A DNA stretch of 64,000 nucleotides from Marsupella aquatica (taxonomy: Eukaryota; Plantae; Marchantiophyta). Numbering within the stretch: the stretch's first letter is position 1; every line of letters begins with the position of its first letter. Under the pieces are notes generated by a model. It was not told the DNA's origin. It saw only the letters and a list, made by a program, of their open reading frames with translations, and made no database searches. The stretch spans positions 20,596,169 to 20,660,168 of the forward strand of contig OZ316891.1 of the NCBI GenBank assembly GCA_973895155.1, read 5' to 3'. This document shows, piece by piece, positions 1 to 13,729 of the stretch. A program made the translations under genes and the position numbers.

Positions 1-3000
1 TGTGTAGACCAGCTGGTGTCTTTCTTCTTATGGTTTGCTTCCTCCATGTGTTTCTTTGGTGGTCCTCTTGCACTGCCAGTTCTGATAATAATTAAAAGCC
101 AAAATAGGGACTCATAAGAAACATCAAAATAAGTGATAGGAGAGACATACAGTAGTACATTGAATTGGGTAGGGCGTACTGGTATCCAACTCCTTGATAG
201 TAGGAAGACGTTGGATCTTAGGGGTCAGAACAGCCTGAAAGAATCCAAGCTTTGTTCATCAGATAGCTATGTATACCAAAATTTCTTTATCGAGAATTTT
301 GTGTGGCACCCAGGACTGCAATGTGTCACTTCCTACACTAATGTGTGTCTTAATAAAAAACCCGAGAAGTCTTACAAATTTTAACACATGCTTGTTGAGT
401 TCCTTCCCTCACTGAAGTAGGACACAAAGGTGTTTAAACATGTCCCTTAGGCTCCATTAAAAATACTTAATGACGTGTGTCTATAGAGGGTTCAAGTTTT
501 GAGAATACCTCCTCTTCTAGATCTGGAATGTGTTGAGCATCTATAATGGAAAAGACATATATGTCAGGAGTGAGAAGTAATTAAACTCAACATGTGACAC
601 GATAGTCAAATGTGGGATATTATCTTTGTAACTTTGTGTTATAATTGTTCTAGCTTAGGTAGACTAGCTGTTCAGCCAACTATTGTATTACTTTCACAAT
701 GAAGTAAGTAAGAGCTCCCAAGGAATAAAGGGGGAGATACCATCTTCTTCCAAATGCTTGGACCTATCAGGGATTGTTTGCGCATATGGTCTGCTTTACG
801 TCAATGACAAGCAAAACAAGTCCATCAAAGCTCCAAAAACTACGGTGAAGAATACTATTTCCCCAACTTCAAATATCTCAGAACGTTCAAAAACTTGTTA
901 TTTGTTCAATTGGCTGGTGATGAATCTGATTTTGGAACTCACTCTGTATACATCAAACTTACCCCTGTTGATGGCGCCCAAGAGTGGTCTTGAACGCACC
1001 ATCAAACACCTCTTGTTGAGGATGGTCGTCCCATACTGCCTTAGAGATTGGAGGTGGGGAATCCTACATATCAAAGCTAGAACAAATTTGTCCCTGGCCT
1101 TATACATATGTTGTGAACCAAAACAAATAACCTTTTCTATTAAAAAAATGAATTAAAATTAAACAAAATTGATCAACTTATCCTTCAAAGTAAACATCTT
1201 GCCATGTGCATCATCCTTCTCACCCAATTAATTAGGAGCATCCAGAATGCACTACAATTCCAGCTTTTGAAAGTGTGCCATATAAACTGCAAAAACTAAT
1301 AGCGCGCATAACCTCCATACTCTTATGTTTGTTCAGAATCCTCTCTTTTGCACTAAGTGAGAAAAGCAGGTCACCGGAAAGGTTGATTTAACTGCCAAAG
1401 AGCTCACTCCTCCAGACTCCACTTGGGAGAGGAGACAAAAATTGAAGCTACCAAGGATTCTTTCTTTAATCATACACACCTCTTCAGTAATTTCACTTGA
1501 TACTGCACAACCCTCAATCAACATTGATAATTTATCCCTTTTAGTTTGGCCCCTGTCCTCCATCCTTTGAGCTACTCAATTGGCTCAGTCATACTTCTTC
1601 TCCAAGATTGGGTTTTAGTGTAGCGTTCATGGATATATGCTCCTAAGACTGCTCTTATAATTCTTGGTGGAAGTTAGTTAACAAACTTATTGAAGTTCAT
1701 GCTCAGATGAACCACATTGTTTAACCATGCAACTTGGATGCACCTAGTAGGTTTTGGGACTGTGACTGTCACTCAAGGATAGAAGCTATTTGAGTTGAAA
1801 TAGTAGTTTAAAATGGGCCAGCTGATTGCAATGGTGTATCCGAGTTCTTGGTTGCACATTGTGGTCCGTCTAGGCCTATTTTTTGAGCTTCTTCTTTTGG
1901 GCATCCTTGCTTCCAACCTAATGTTCTCCTGTTAGATAATCCCAGATCTAACTCATCACTAAACTCTATACAACTTTGGTTACTTATCTACTGAACAAAG
2001 TGAAGTCAATAGTGGTGGAAACTTGGTCGTCACTGTATCCCCTGGCTGTATCCCATGGTAGGGTATTTGGGAATAATATGACCACCTTATGGAATATACA
2101 AGGGAAGTACTAGGCTGGGGCATTGCAGAATGTAGCCTGTTGAGGGACGGTTGGGAGACTTTGTTCAGTTTTTCTTACAAACCTTGATGCTCACTTATTT
2201 TGTCCTCCAGCTTTTTAGTGCATTGCCACTAAAGATGTTTGAATTTACAATACTGCCACAGTTTTTGTTGTATTTGCAAAATTCCCACTGTTTCCTTACA
2301 TGGTTCCCCTGGTTACCTTTGGGGACTTGTCATCCATATACAAAACCGTAGCATTTTTACAAATACAAAAAAAATAGTGACAGTAGTGTCTATTAGAACA
2401 TCTTTAGTGGCAAAGACAGACAGTACTTAAAAGTTGTTTTGTCCTCACACTCTCCATTGTGTCATGACCATTGAGGTCGGAAACAAAGTGGCAGTGGACG
2501 TTGGATAGATGCCTTGCCAGCAGAAAGTAATTGCAAAGAGAAAGATTGACATGAGGGCAACAAACAACAAAAAACCAGGGCATGACCAAATAGCTACTGA
2601 ATCACACACAGACTAGATGACATCGTTGCAGTAAAGAACATACCACAGGGATGATCAGATTTGCACATACCCTGCGTGAAAAGTTAATTGTTTTTCTTTT
2701 CAAATTGTAGCACAATTGCATAAATACTATCTCTACATTCCATTTTCTTAAAACAATCATAAATTATCAGTGTTTTACACAAAATGCTTAGAATATTTAT
2801 AGAATAGCCATTGTAATTCTTTTCCTAACTCTCAGAAATGAAAGTGATGCTCCAATGGAGCAAGCCTGTGGACCATGCAACCCCCATGGACTGTGACACA
2901 TTTTACTCCTTCACTCCATGACATCCTTCTTCTTTCCAAAATCTTTTCAACAACAACACTTGACCTCAATAATCTCCCTTTCTATCCAGTGGAAGTGGCT

Positions 3001-3178
3001 CGTCTTGGGCTAGTAAGAAGCGGCTTGGAAAGATCTTTCCAGTCACTCAACTATCTCTAGTTTTCATGAAGAATTGAGATACTTCTGATTTGCCAAGGAT
3101 TGCTCTATCCTGTAATGTCCAAATTTGATGTTTCCTAAAGTTTTGTAGGAGCTCACTTTGACATTTAGTACCCTCCGT

Positions 3179-3456
3179 CCATATCCAATGCAGTACTATT
3201 CCTCACTCCTCAGGCTACTCTTTCAAACACATCAAAGCGCATTCAAAGGAGGAAGGTAAGAAATTAAAATTTCAATAGTTGATTATTTTTGGAACGAACC
3301 TGAATCTCACGCCATTACCATATCCAATGCAGTACTATTCCTCACTCCTCAGGCTACTCTTTCAAACACATCAAAGCGCATTCAAAGGAAGAAGGTAAGG
3401 AGTTAAGATTTCAATAGTTGATTATTTTTTAAACGAACCTGAATCTCACGCCATTA
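3179..3456. repeat. Tandem duplication, 2 x 139 bp
   Basis: ccatatccaatgcagtactattcc...gaatctcacgccatta at 3179-3317 and 3318-3456, with few mismatches. Confidence 0.95.
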
Positions 3457-3466
3457 CCCTAGTAAG

Positions 3467-4071
3467 GTACGACAGTACCGTAAATAAATTTGGTTACCTA
3501 CAGACCGCACACTAATACAGTACAGTATCGTGACCATTCGATCAACGGCCGTGGCCGTGGTAGTAATAGGTGCAACGGCTGTCGACAGCCGCAGACCACA
3601 GGTTCTGACGACCGGCCCACCGGGTACGGTAGGACGATGACCGGCCATACAAGGTACAATACAGGTCCCTCCTCCCGCCTTTCCCTCATTTGGGATTTTG
3701 GGTCTTCTGAGGGACAAGCCTTTGAAAACGAAAACGTTTGAAAAATCCCCCGAATTTAGCAAAGGGTCAAATCCCCCGAATCTAGCAAAGTATCAGTCCA
3801 ACGCTCCAGATACGCCGATCGCGGCCGCGATACCGGTACACGGCTCCAGCGATAAATTATTGTACGATACGTCCGTTTTGCAATTTTGCCTTTTCTTGTC
3901 TTCCTTCTATTGTACGTCCTTTCCACACAAGAACATCTGTCGTCTGCGGCGCATGAGATTTGAATTTAAGTTACTGTACGGTAATATTTGACCGTTTGAG
4001 ACTTTGAGGAGTGGACGGTACGTTTACAGGGTTTACAGACTGTGACACTATTTAGTGTCACAGTACTGTAC
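3467..4071. other. CpG-rich segment with 12 GTAC motifs and a perfect 12-bp palindrome
   Basis: GTAC counted at 3467, 3475, 3520, 3624, 3654, 3836, 3862, 3912, 3976, 4018, 4063 and 4068. Palindrome actgtgacacta-tt-tagtgtcacagt at 4039-4064. Function unknown. Confidence 0.6.
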
Positions 4072-4329
4072 CGGGGTATCGGATCGATTACACTCGTAAG
4101 CCTTGGCGAAATTGGAGGGCTTACAGATTACAGTGCTGCAGACCATTTTACAGTTTTACAATGCCGCGCTGGAGGCTCTGAAAGTGTCAATAATCAAGCG
4201 TTTCGGAATCTGACACGAAAGCATCGGAATGAATGAATGAATGGATCATTGTCTCTATTTTATTTTATCTCGAACGGAAGTCTTGGTCATGAAATGAATG
4301 ATTATTTTCGTGTCAAGCTGTGAGCAACT

Positions 4330-5010
4330 GAGCATGGAAAGTGAGTAAAACGATTCCTGTTGGTACTGACAACTTTGAACGTTTGCGATACAGGGCGATG
4401 GCCAGTTTTGAAGTTATGTGCCTTGAAAATTCCGCATTTAATTTAATGTGCTTGGATTGCTCGGAGAAATTCATTTATTCACTGATTTGTTTGTATTTGG
4501 TCACGAGCATGGAAACTGGAAAGCGAGTTAGTGATTCTTGTTGTTGCTGACAACTTTGACCTTTTGTGATTCAAAGTTGTTTGCCTTAATTGAAAATTCA
4601 GCATTTAATTAATTTAGCTTGGATTGCTCGGAGAGTCATTATTCAGTGATTTGGACGTATTGGATCAGCTGTAGACTGTTTGGTTGCTGTGCGATTGTCC
4701 TCTCCCTCATTTAGATTGTAGATAACTTGATGGATGCCCTCCCTTCGTTCTCGATCTGACAGAGAATGTGTTTATGCTCTACATCAACGGTCGCTTTATC
4801 TCTTTATCCCTACGACCAAACACCATTAAGGGCAATAATGGCCAGTTTTAATTTGTTTGACTTGAGAATTCCGCTGACCAGGGTTTTAATTTAGCTTTCC
4901 CTGGAATGTTCGGAGATTCATATGGATGGAGTGGGTTTGGTTGTATTCGATGTATTGCGATTCGGAGATTCATGTGGATGGAGTGGGTTTGGTTGTATTC
5001 GATGTATGCG
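4330..5010. repeat. Degenerate tandem repeat region (~180-bp diverged units plus a ~52-bp duplication)
   Basis: gagcatggaaa...gacaactttga...gcttggattgctcggaga recurs near 4330 and 4505. ttcggagattcat.tggatggagtgggtttggttgtattcgatgtat is duplicated at 4909 and 4961. Confidence 0.7.
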
Positions 5011-6290
5011 ATCCTCTGACCTCTCACTCATTTGTCAAGCTCATCCTTGTCCTCCTGTCGTTCTCTGTATCTGAAAGAGAATGCATTGATGCGCAAACCA
5101 ACGGTCACTCCAACCCTAAATCTAAAACAACGGGAAGTTGCCGGCCATGCAGCGATTTGTAATTGATTTGGAATTGATTTGTAAGGTTAATTTGGGTTGG
5201 GCTGGGCTGACTTAGCTGAGCAGCTTTTTCCATATATTTGCTATCTTGTCGTCGCCAAATGAATATTGTCCAACAGTTGTCCTTCAACCAGTCAAATGTG
5301 CTTTTGATGGAACAAGTGTAATACACAATGGATGGGTCTTCGAAACGCTCTTCACTTTGTTTAATGTGGAGAAATGGATTTTTTGCGCTTTGTCGCCTTC
5401 ACAGTTGTTCAGCTGCAGACGTTTCTGTACTCGAGAACATGACCCCTACTACTTGACCTGGATACAACAGTGCCGTGATAGACTGTGGGCTCAAACCATC
5501 AGTCTTATACCCGCTCCTTAGTGTATTGATGCATTGTCCTTGGTGTATTAGTGCTCGTGGCTGGCCTCAGCTGAACATCATCTTCACCTCGTGATGGCAA
5601 CATTGTAACTGAGTTTAGGGGTCTAAGATGATTGGGAGCAATGAGGAACGGGTGTGCTTTCCATGAAAGAATGATGATGGAGTCAATGGGATCACAAACA
5701 TTACTTCCGACAAGAACAGCATGCTTTAGTAAAACTCCTCGTCAAACAAACGAGCATTTTCACAAAAGCTCCTAATCCTGGTCTTTCACGCCGTAGATCA
5801 AACCTCTACCATTCAGTAGTAGCTGCTAATTTACCGGCATGCCTTACAATTTCAGCCGTCTATTAATGCATTCAAAAAATTTCAAGAACTCGGCAATAAT
5901 GGCTGGCACCATGTTAGAATAGAATCGATGCTATGAACAGAGACAATTGAATCAAGTAGATTGTCTAGTAAAAATAAACATGAATTCTCGTCCAGACATC
6001 GAATTTGACATATGCAATTTCAATTTGGTCTGCAGTCGACGACACATTCAAGTGCTTAGAAAATTTTCATTCTCGTCGCATGAACACTCCCCAAAAGTTA
6101 TCCTATTCAGTACCAGATCATGAATGCGTGCCCCTCATAGCTTCAACTGTCAGTCGGGCTGCAATATTTTCGAGGAATAATTCACGGACGTCCTCTGAAA
6201 TTTACCCTCTTCATGCTCGTGAAAGACATTTATTTGACGCTCTTCACCACTTCATTGAGGAATGCCCAGAGAGTGTACGACCACCACTTG

Positions 6291-9200
6291 TTAACGTAAT
6301 GCACTAGCTGCATGTAGGTAGTCTGCGTTGTTCAGGATATCAAAAGTTGGGGCAATGTCTGTGGGTACCTGAAATCAGAATACACATTGCCGTGTAAGCT
6401 TATCGACCTGCTGGAGGCTCTACAACAATTCTTGTATCAGATATTGTATGCCAAAAGTTTTCAGAGAGCGGCACCCTCCGCTCAGACGCTTACCTTAACC
6501 TCTTCCAGCCTTTCAAACGCACGTGACAGCTCAGGAGTGAGCTTGACATACTTCTCCAGCAGAGATCCAGCACCGAGCTTGTCTCCTTGCGCCTCGATGG
6601 TGAGAATTTGTCGACTCAAATCCTCAACAACTCCCCTCACCTTTCCAAATAAAAAAACGTCCAGTAAATTGATGAATAAAAAAGAAAAACAGCCAAACAT
6701 TGACAAGGCTGAATTGATTGCTTCCAGATTTCCATTAACGTTAAGGTTGTATTCATGAAATTCATTATCCTAGCTCTGAAGGTCAGTGCACCGGAGATAA
6801 TACCTTTTCAAAATCTACTGCAAATGTGCCATCGTTCTTCAGCACAAACCCTCCCTTTTCCAGCATATAGTTGAACTGTAGCGCCTGTCCTTTCCTGCAC
6901 AAACAAGTTGTCGTTCTCTTAAGTCTTCATACTTTATGTCCAAGAACAACCGTTTCATTCAAATTAAGAAAATAAACCTGGCTATCAGGCATCTTATAAC
7001 AAATTACGATCATTTCTAGAGATCTACAGTAGATTGGGGATGCGAAGCTGTGATTTACCCGTGAGCCTCCTCCAGTCCAAACCGAATGGACCGAAAGCAA
7101 CCAGCAAGGTAGGACACATAAATTGATTTTTCTGAGGTATTGGGAAGAAGACCCTGCATTACAACAGAATCACCTCATGTTCAGCCTACTAGATAAGTCT
7201 CATTTGCATATACTGGATATTCGGACCTCTGCCAGGACTATCTCAGAACCTAATGAGGAGGATGCTTCACTTTCGGATCATTCTGTCTACACTACTTCAG
7301 AACCTATAGTACGACTAAAGTAGTTTTCCCAATTGCATTGGTCTGTGGTTTACTCTGGTATATATCGATAGCACTTGTGACGAGATTCAAGAGTACACTA
7401 GTTCATTTCCTATTAAAGTAATATATTACTTCTATTACCAGGTCCTGTTTTCAATACTGAAGTAGTGTTTAGATATATTCTTGTCCTACTTTATCGAAAA
7501 GGACCTAGATAATGAAGAACTGCCTACACCAATACTTGTACCTTGTCCAAAAGATAATGGAGAGCCCACAGGCCCACAATATCAGCTTTTGCCTCCTCTA
7601 GGGCTGAGTACAATTCTTGCAGTTCCTAGCCACAAGCCAAAACCCTTAGATCTTCAGAATTATACACATAAGGTGCATAAATAAACGAGGTCATTTGAAT
7701 ATGAGATCGACATGTAATTTTTAGTAACTACGGGGCTCATAAATGTAAGTCAAGTGCTGTATCTCAAGAACAATGTAGACAAGCCACTCCTTTTCACCAA
7801 AGAGATGGGCAGTAAAAACCAACCAGTCGGACGGTCGACTCTTTCCCTTGCTTGACCACAATGTTGTGAGGACCGATGCCATGGCAGCACTCGTGACAGA
7901 TGACATGTGTGAAAAAGGAATCAAAAGCAACATATTCTCTTTGCGATTCCTCAACGCATACGAGTGCAATCGGTTGGAGAATTTTTTCGAACCTGCAAAG
8001 AGAGGTTCAGAGTGAAAGACAATCACAAGTTCTGCATAAACAACCAACATTTTGTGTAAAAATTACCCAATCATCCACCTTCATGTGCCTCAAGTTCCCC
8101 GTTATAAGTATTAAAACAAAGCCGAATTTTAAATCTAACTCTCCAAGGGTTAGTAAGACTTCTCACTTTGCTTCAGAAATGTTTTTAAGCATAACCATAG
8201 CACTTCCCCTATCCTTTATGATTCGATCATCATTGGGTAAATTGAATGCCACTGTTTGTACGCCCTTTACATCCTGCATAGATGCGTCCAGTCAAAAATT
8301 AGAATAATAACTCTGCGCAGATACCCAAGTACAGAACGGTTGTCGGTTTGCAGTGAAGAACAGGGGTCAGGATAGTTTTTAAAGAATAGACCGTTACCCC
8401 AGCATTAAAAAGAAGGTTGATGACACGAATTGGAGAAGCAGCAACGCCTTTATTTTTGTATTCAGGCGCAAATGGCAGATTGTCCTCCAGTTCCTGCCTA
8501 GAGCGTGTTAGACGTTACCTCATTGCATTTCTATCCTCAATTTGCAATAAAGCTGACACATCGCAAAGCAATAGGATCAGACATCTGCCGAAAATTGGGT
8601 AGGTTGCAAACCTGTAGACGTTCACTAAAGAGAAGTAGTTTTGAGGTAGCATCGTCATCACGTATGCCGATGTAAGCCTCAAAAGTGGCCTGAAAGATAT
8701 CAACGGCAGTTTATCAGAGATCTTTCAACCAGACAAGCTCTTCATAACCAGGAAAAAAACGAAATTGTAAATGTTTAGGTACGTTCTGGCTATTCAAACC
8801 CTTAGATAAGATAGCAGATAAAGATAACTATACGTTTAGAGTCTATAGAAGGAGTGAACCCTAAAAAACAAAAAAAACGTAGAAGAGACAAAGGACTAAA
8901 AGTGAACTCAGGTTGCCCTTGCAGGTAATTATGCAAGATTCAGTTTGACAAAATGGCTTCTGAACTGAGCATTGAAAATTTGAGGTACATAGATATCTAC
9001 CTTGTATCCAAAGAGTGCGTCTTCATATGTTTCATATGGACCAATTGTTACATCAACAGGAGAATCCTGTTCCATCAAACAAGGTACCAAACTCAGACTC
9101 CGTCCACAATGATCACAACAATGGCAAATCAACCATTTTGAAATGTAGCTTTAAGTGAATTGTATTACAGAGATATATGAGCAACCATCCAAAAAACATG

Positions 9201-12200
9201 GTTCAAATTCTGATATTTAGGAACGGCAATGCATTGCCGGTTTTAAAAAACAATGAATTCAATTGGTAGCCCGGCTATCGTTGGATTACTACGGCTTCAT
9301 CCACAAACATGTCCCCGTTGCTCACGGACCCCTACTACAATGACTTTGATTTGGTATCACCACAGGTAAAATTGTTTAAATATGAGGAGATATGATGAAC
9401 TACGGTCCTCACCAGTTCCATCCATGCAATGTCCGAATCATAATAGTCGTTGGAGAGGAAAGCATCTGCTTTTAATGAGAGCAATCTCTTCAAACTGCCA
9501 AGAAAGGGTTGAACAAAAAACACTTCAAGTGAGTTTTCCAGAAGTGACTTTATGTAAAGAAGACCATTAAAGAATCTTCTCCCTACAACTATCACAGGTA
9601 ATATGAGTCCAGAGTTTCTCGCGACTACACCTGATCTGCTCTCACTATTTTCACCTCTACCTCATCACAAGAAGTAACAATTACGTCGAGTCAGATATAC
9701 CCGTTTATACTTGTTTTTAATGTCTAAAGTTACTCGCGTGGATGATATAAAAAACAGGATGAATGCAAAATTACCTTGGAGTTTCTGCAGCATCCCCAGC
9801 TTTGCGAAGAAGATCGGCAGCCTTCTTCAAAAATCCAGAATACTCAGTAGAATAAGGAACTATCTTCAAGTCCAATAATTTGGCTTGAGCTCGCCGAATG
9901 GTAGTGAAAAACCCACTTGCTGCATCTTGCTCGTCAGAGGTCAGAGTTGATTTCCACCTTTCAAACTCCTGCCCGGAACAAAACACTAGCCGTAAGAGCT
10001 TAACACGTAGCATTCGAGTTAAGACGAGTATCTCCAAGAATAGCTGAACACTATCAGATGTCAAACAAGAGAATTCAAAAAATCATACCAACATGCCACG
10101 GATAAGAACTAGCGTGTTCACTCTAAAAAGTAAATATTACACCTCCTTATCCATGTCTTGAGGATAGAAATTTGCATTGGGAGATTTGCAACTAGGAAAA
10201 GCCAATTTCCATTGCAGACCCTTCCATCCTGATACTGGCTTCACCGCATTTTCAGCTACATGGATTGCAGAATCTGCTGTGGTCAAGTATGCTTCATTTT
10301 CATCGAGACACGACCTTCACAAGGTAAGACAACAAAAGAGTTGGTGATCAACAGCTAAGGGGTCATGGTACACAAGTACAACAAAAGACTAAACTGATCC
10401 AGAAAAGAAGGAAAACAGTTTGGCACAAACAAAAAATGAAGCTCTTCGCCAGTAAGCAAAAGTGTAATTACCAAGTACGCAGGACAAAGTACTCACCAAG
10501 GAGACTTATTTATTAGATAATAATCATATTTCAGCTTGTCCAACTCAGACTTTTTTGCAGAGCTTTGAAGCCAGGATTTCAAGCCCGGATTGGTTGCCCA
10601 TTCCTGCATACAGAGATGACAAGTCGAAACGTTTTATAATGTTACCTGAAAGAAAGTCCAGTCTAGTTCTTTTCCTTGCGGCTGTAAATACGAAGTCCCA
10701 TATAGTTCCTCAGTGGTCAACCACTTCTCAGAGAAAGTTGTGATGGACGCCCTCCGGAGACTTCCTAAAACTGGAAGAAATCCAAGAGCAGGCTTTCACG
10801 ATCTGTCAGTCTTCGAATAATGAACCTGGATGGTCTCCATTTCTCAAATGCTCGGAACACACCTGTATTTTCCAGATCTGTCTATAGACAAAAGCAGCCA
10901 ACAACGACATTTTAAGCAAGCATGGTTACCATCCACATGTTCAACAGAACCTGACCCTCATCCACAGTTCAGTTCACTCATGTGACACAAAAGCATATGC
11001 AACTTAGTCCAAGCATACCTGCTCCAAAAAGATCTGGTCCAGAACTCTTGCAGCTTCAATTGTGTAAGCCAAAGCTAAGGTGTCTCCCTTACTGAGCCCT
11101 GGAATCTGCACACCGAGTAAAACGGTCTGGTATTTGAATTTGAGGTATATGGAGCAAGAGTATGAAAGGAGTCCTTATTTGCTCTAATATGCCGCAACAT
11201 TTGATCCAGTAGGCCCTACCAAGGGAAAACAGAACTACGACCGCCATTTCAGGTAGTATCACGGAAGAGAAATCTTAACCACAACAGCTTCTCCAGACGG
11301 CAACACTGATCAATTCAAGTTACTCCTGCATCCCACTTGAAAACTTGTGCAAGCCATACCTCTCCACTAATAGTGACTGGAGCATAGCGCGCGAGCTGTT
11401 GTTTTATAGAGTCCACTCTAACCTTGGAATTGGCTTCATATCTGTATCAAGTCATAAATTACCGTTAAGAAAGATCGCACAACCTTACTTTACGTACTTC
11501 AATCTTTTTCTGTTGATAACTGACCAGATAAATATACTAACAGAAAGTGCCTCCGAATTTTGCCAAGGCGCTACACAGTTCCACCAGCTCATATAGTCCA
11601 TCATCTGAGCTCCCAGGTTCTCAATCTCTTGCAAGGACAGCCATATACAGCGATGAATCACGAAAAGCTATGGGGGAAGACGTATGACTTGAATATCAAT
11701 CGGGGAAAATTTCTTTGCAGTCAATAACACGACATCCCATTCACAAATCCTCGGACACAAACCTGCGTTCAAGGGCCTTGAAGAGCTGACCATAGTCACC
11801 ATCTACGCGATACTCAACATAAGCAGGATCTTCTTTCTGTAGAATTTCCTTGTATGCTTTCCAACCAATGTACTTCACATTGTCCACCTCCTCTTCCTGA
11901 GCAGATATGCAACGAACCAATAGCGTAAGACCTTGCACCATTTCATGCAGTCTTCCTTTCCTTTCAATTCTCTTCGGCTTTGAATTTGAACGTATACAAG
12001 CTCGAAGCGATGCATCCACCTTCACATTTACATTTGTGAACGTGAGAGTCTACGGAAGCAAACCTGCAGTGTAAATGCCTCCGACGGAATGGGATCCACT
12101 GTTGTCACCAGGTACACGTCACTGTATTCGTTGTTAATGAAAGTGCCATTATTGAGCACACTGCACCGTCACAGACGAAAACATTACGAAGCTGCATACC

Positions 12201-13497
12201 ACACATTTCAAAGGCAGTCGAAGGACACGAAAAAGGAACTTTGAACAGGGATCGAACTCACTCGTTCTGAACATATGTGAAAAGCAGTTCAAATGCCTCT
12301 TCTGGTAGAACTACTCCCAGCTCCTCTTCAAGCTCCCTCCTGTTAGGGTAGACAAGAATCAGGTAAAGTCAGGATTCTAGCTAATCTGAACTAAAACAAC
12401 AAGAAGATCTCGTGTAAAAAATTAAAAACTTAACAAACAACAAGACAACAGATTACTCGCAATGATGATTTCATCTGATACTCAAAGCGACACACTAAAC
12501 CGAATACCTATCATCCAGGCTAAAAATATTGTATTTAACTAGATTCGGCCCAGATGAACACCAATACTGTGGGGGATTTCCTTTCGATTTGTAATTGAAG
12601 ACTCAAAAATGTGTTCATAGCTACCTGGCACTTTCAAGAGAGGTATCACCAGCTGAAACGTGCCCAGACGAGGAGATATCCCACCGTCCGGGCCAGGAGT
12701 CTTTGGTGCGTGCTCGCTGCTGCAGAAGAAGCTGGCCCGTGCTCTCAGCATAGATCCATACATGCACTGCACGATGATAATCTCCATCCTTGTGCACAAG
12801 AGACCTTCAGCCAAAAAAGAAAAGCGAATCCAAGTTTCAGAATTGAGAGTGAGCCGAAGCGGATGAAAATCTCAATTACTTTCTGACAATGGCCGCCACG
12901 GGCATGACATCAAAGAAACACAACGAATAACACTTTACAAGGGCCTCTTACGCCCCTCCCCATGTCAATCTGATCAAATTTACACAATCGAGGTAAACAT
13001 AAAGCAACAGTTTTCCCCTCTTCATACACAGAGATAAGGAAAAACTGCAATTCTGGCACTAATTGGATGTGGCAAATTCGAATGCGTCATATGGCATTTC
13101 CCCGTTGCAGCAAAGATCACCCTGAAAGGGCTTGCGGAGGTGCTGAAGAGAGCGAATGGCAGCACACTTCCAGTCCACAAGTGCCGCTGCTCGTATCATA
13201 ATTCCAAAACGTCCGATTGGAGTCAGAGAACCGCTTCAACGGCATTAATGAGCCAAAACGGAGGTGACAACAGTTCCGGCACTTCGAGGATGAATCCGCG
13301 GAGAAAAAGAAATGCGAGAGAAGGGGAGGAGGAGAATCAATCACGCAGCAGTCAAGCACGCACAGAATACATGAAGCCCGAAATGGAAGAACGGTGAAGG
13401 AGGAGACTAATAATAATATGTCAAGGTCATGCCTGAGCTTCGAGACTCCGGTGTAATGCCCGTCCGCACTGATGACGTCCAATCGCTCCTCGCCCAT
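6291..13497 (-). CDS. NUDT3: Nudix hydrolase 3 / dipeptidyl-peptidase III (M49) fusion protein, about 21 exons
   Basis: Spliced translation MGEERLDV...DGDYHRAVHVWIY, Nudix box GHVSAGDTSLESARRELEEELGV, NFYPQDMDK, DVTIGPYETYED, AFNLPNDDR, zinc motif HECCH (~7880), EEAKAD, RFGLEEAHGKGQ. Last exon VPTDIAP...ALR* with stop at 6291-6293. First intron is GC-AG. Confidence 0.95.
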
Positions 13498-13678
13498 GGT
13501 GATGACACTGCTCGATCTGACCCAATTTCAATTCCCCTAGACTCAGCGTTCTTTCAATTGAACCCTTTCTGCTCGTCCTCAAACTGTGTCAATTCATCTC
13601 ATCTCATCTTTCGCTGTGCGCAATTTCGTTCCAGCCCGAGATTTAGTGGAGGAAGTGAAGTCATATGAAGACACTGTG

Positions 13679-13729
13679 GAATGCGAATGCGAGGAATGCA
13701 AATGCGAGGAATGCGAATGCGAATGCGAA
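13679..13729. repeat. Imperfect (GAATGC)n microsatellite upstream of NUDT3
   Basis: gaatgcgaatgcgaggaatgcaaatgcgaggaatgcgaatgcgaatgcga. Confidence 0.85.

Noticed and set aside
1-2900. Highly decayed retrotransposon on the minus strand (hints of HHCNQLAHF near 1820 and IVVHSGCS near 1250)
   Set aside because: Motifs are too degenerate to assign without a profile search.
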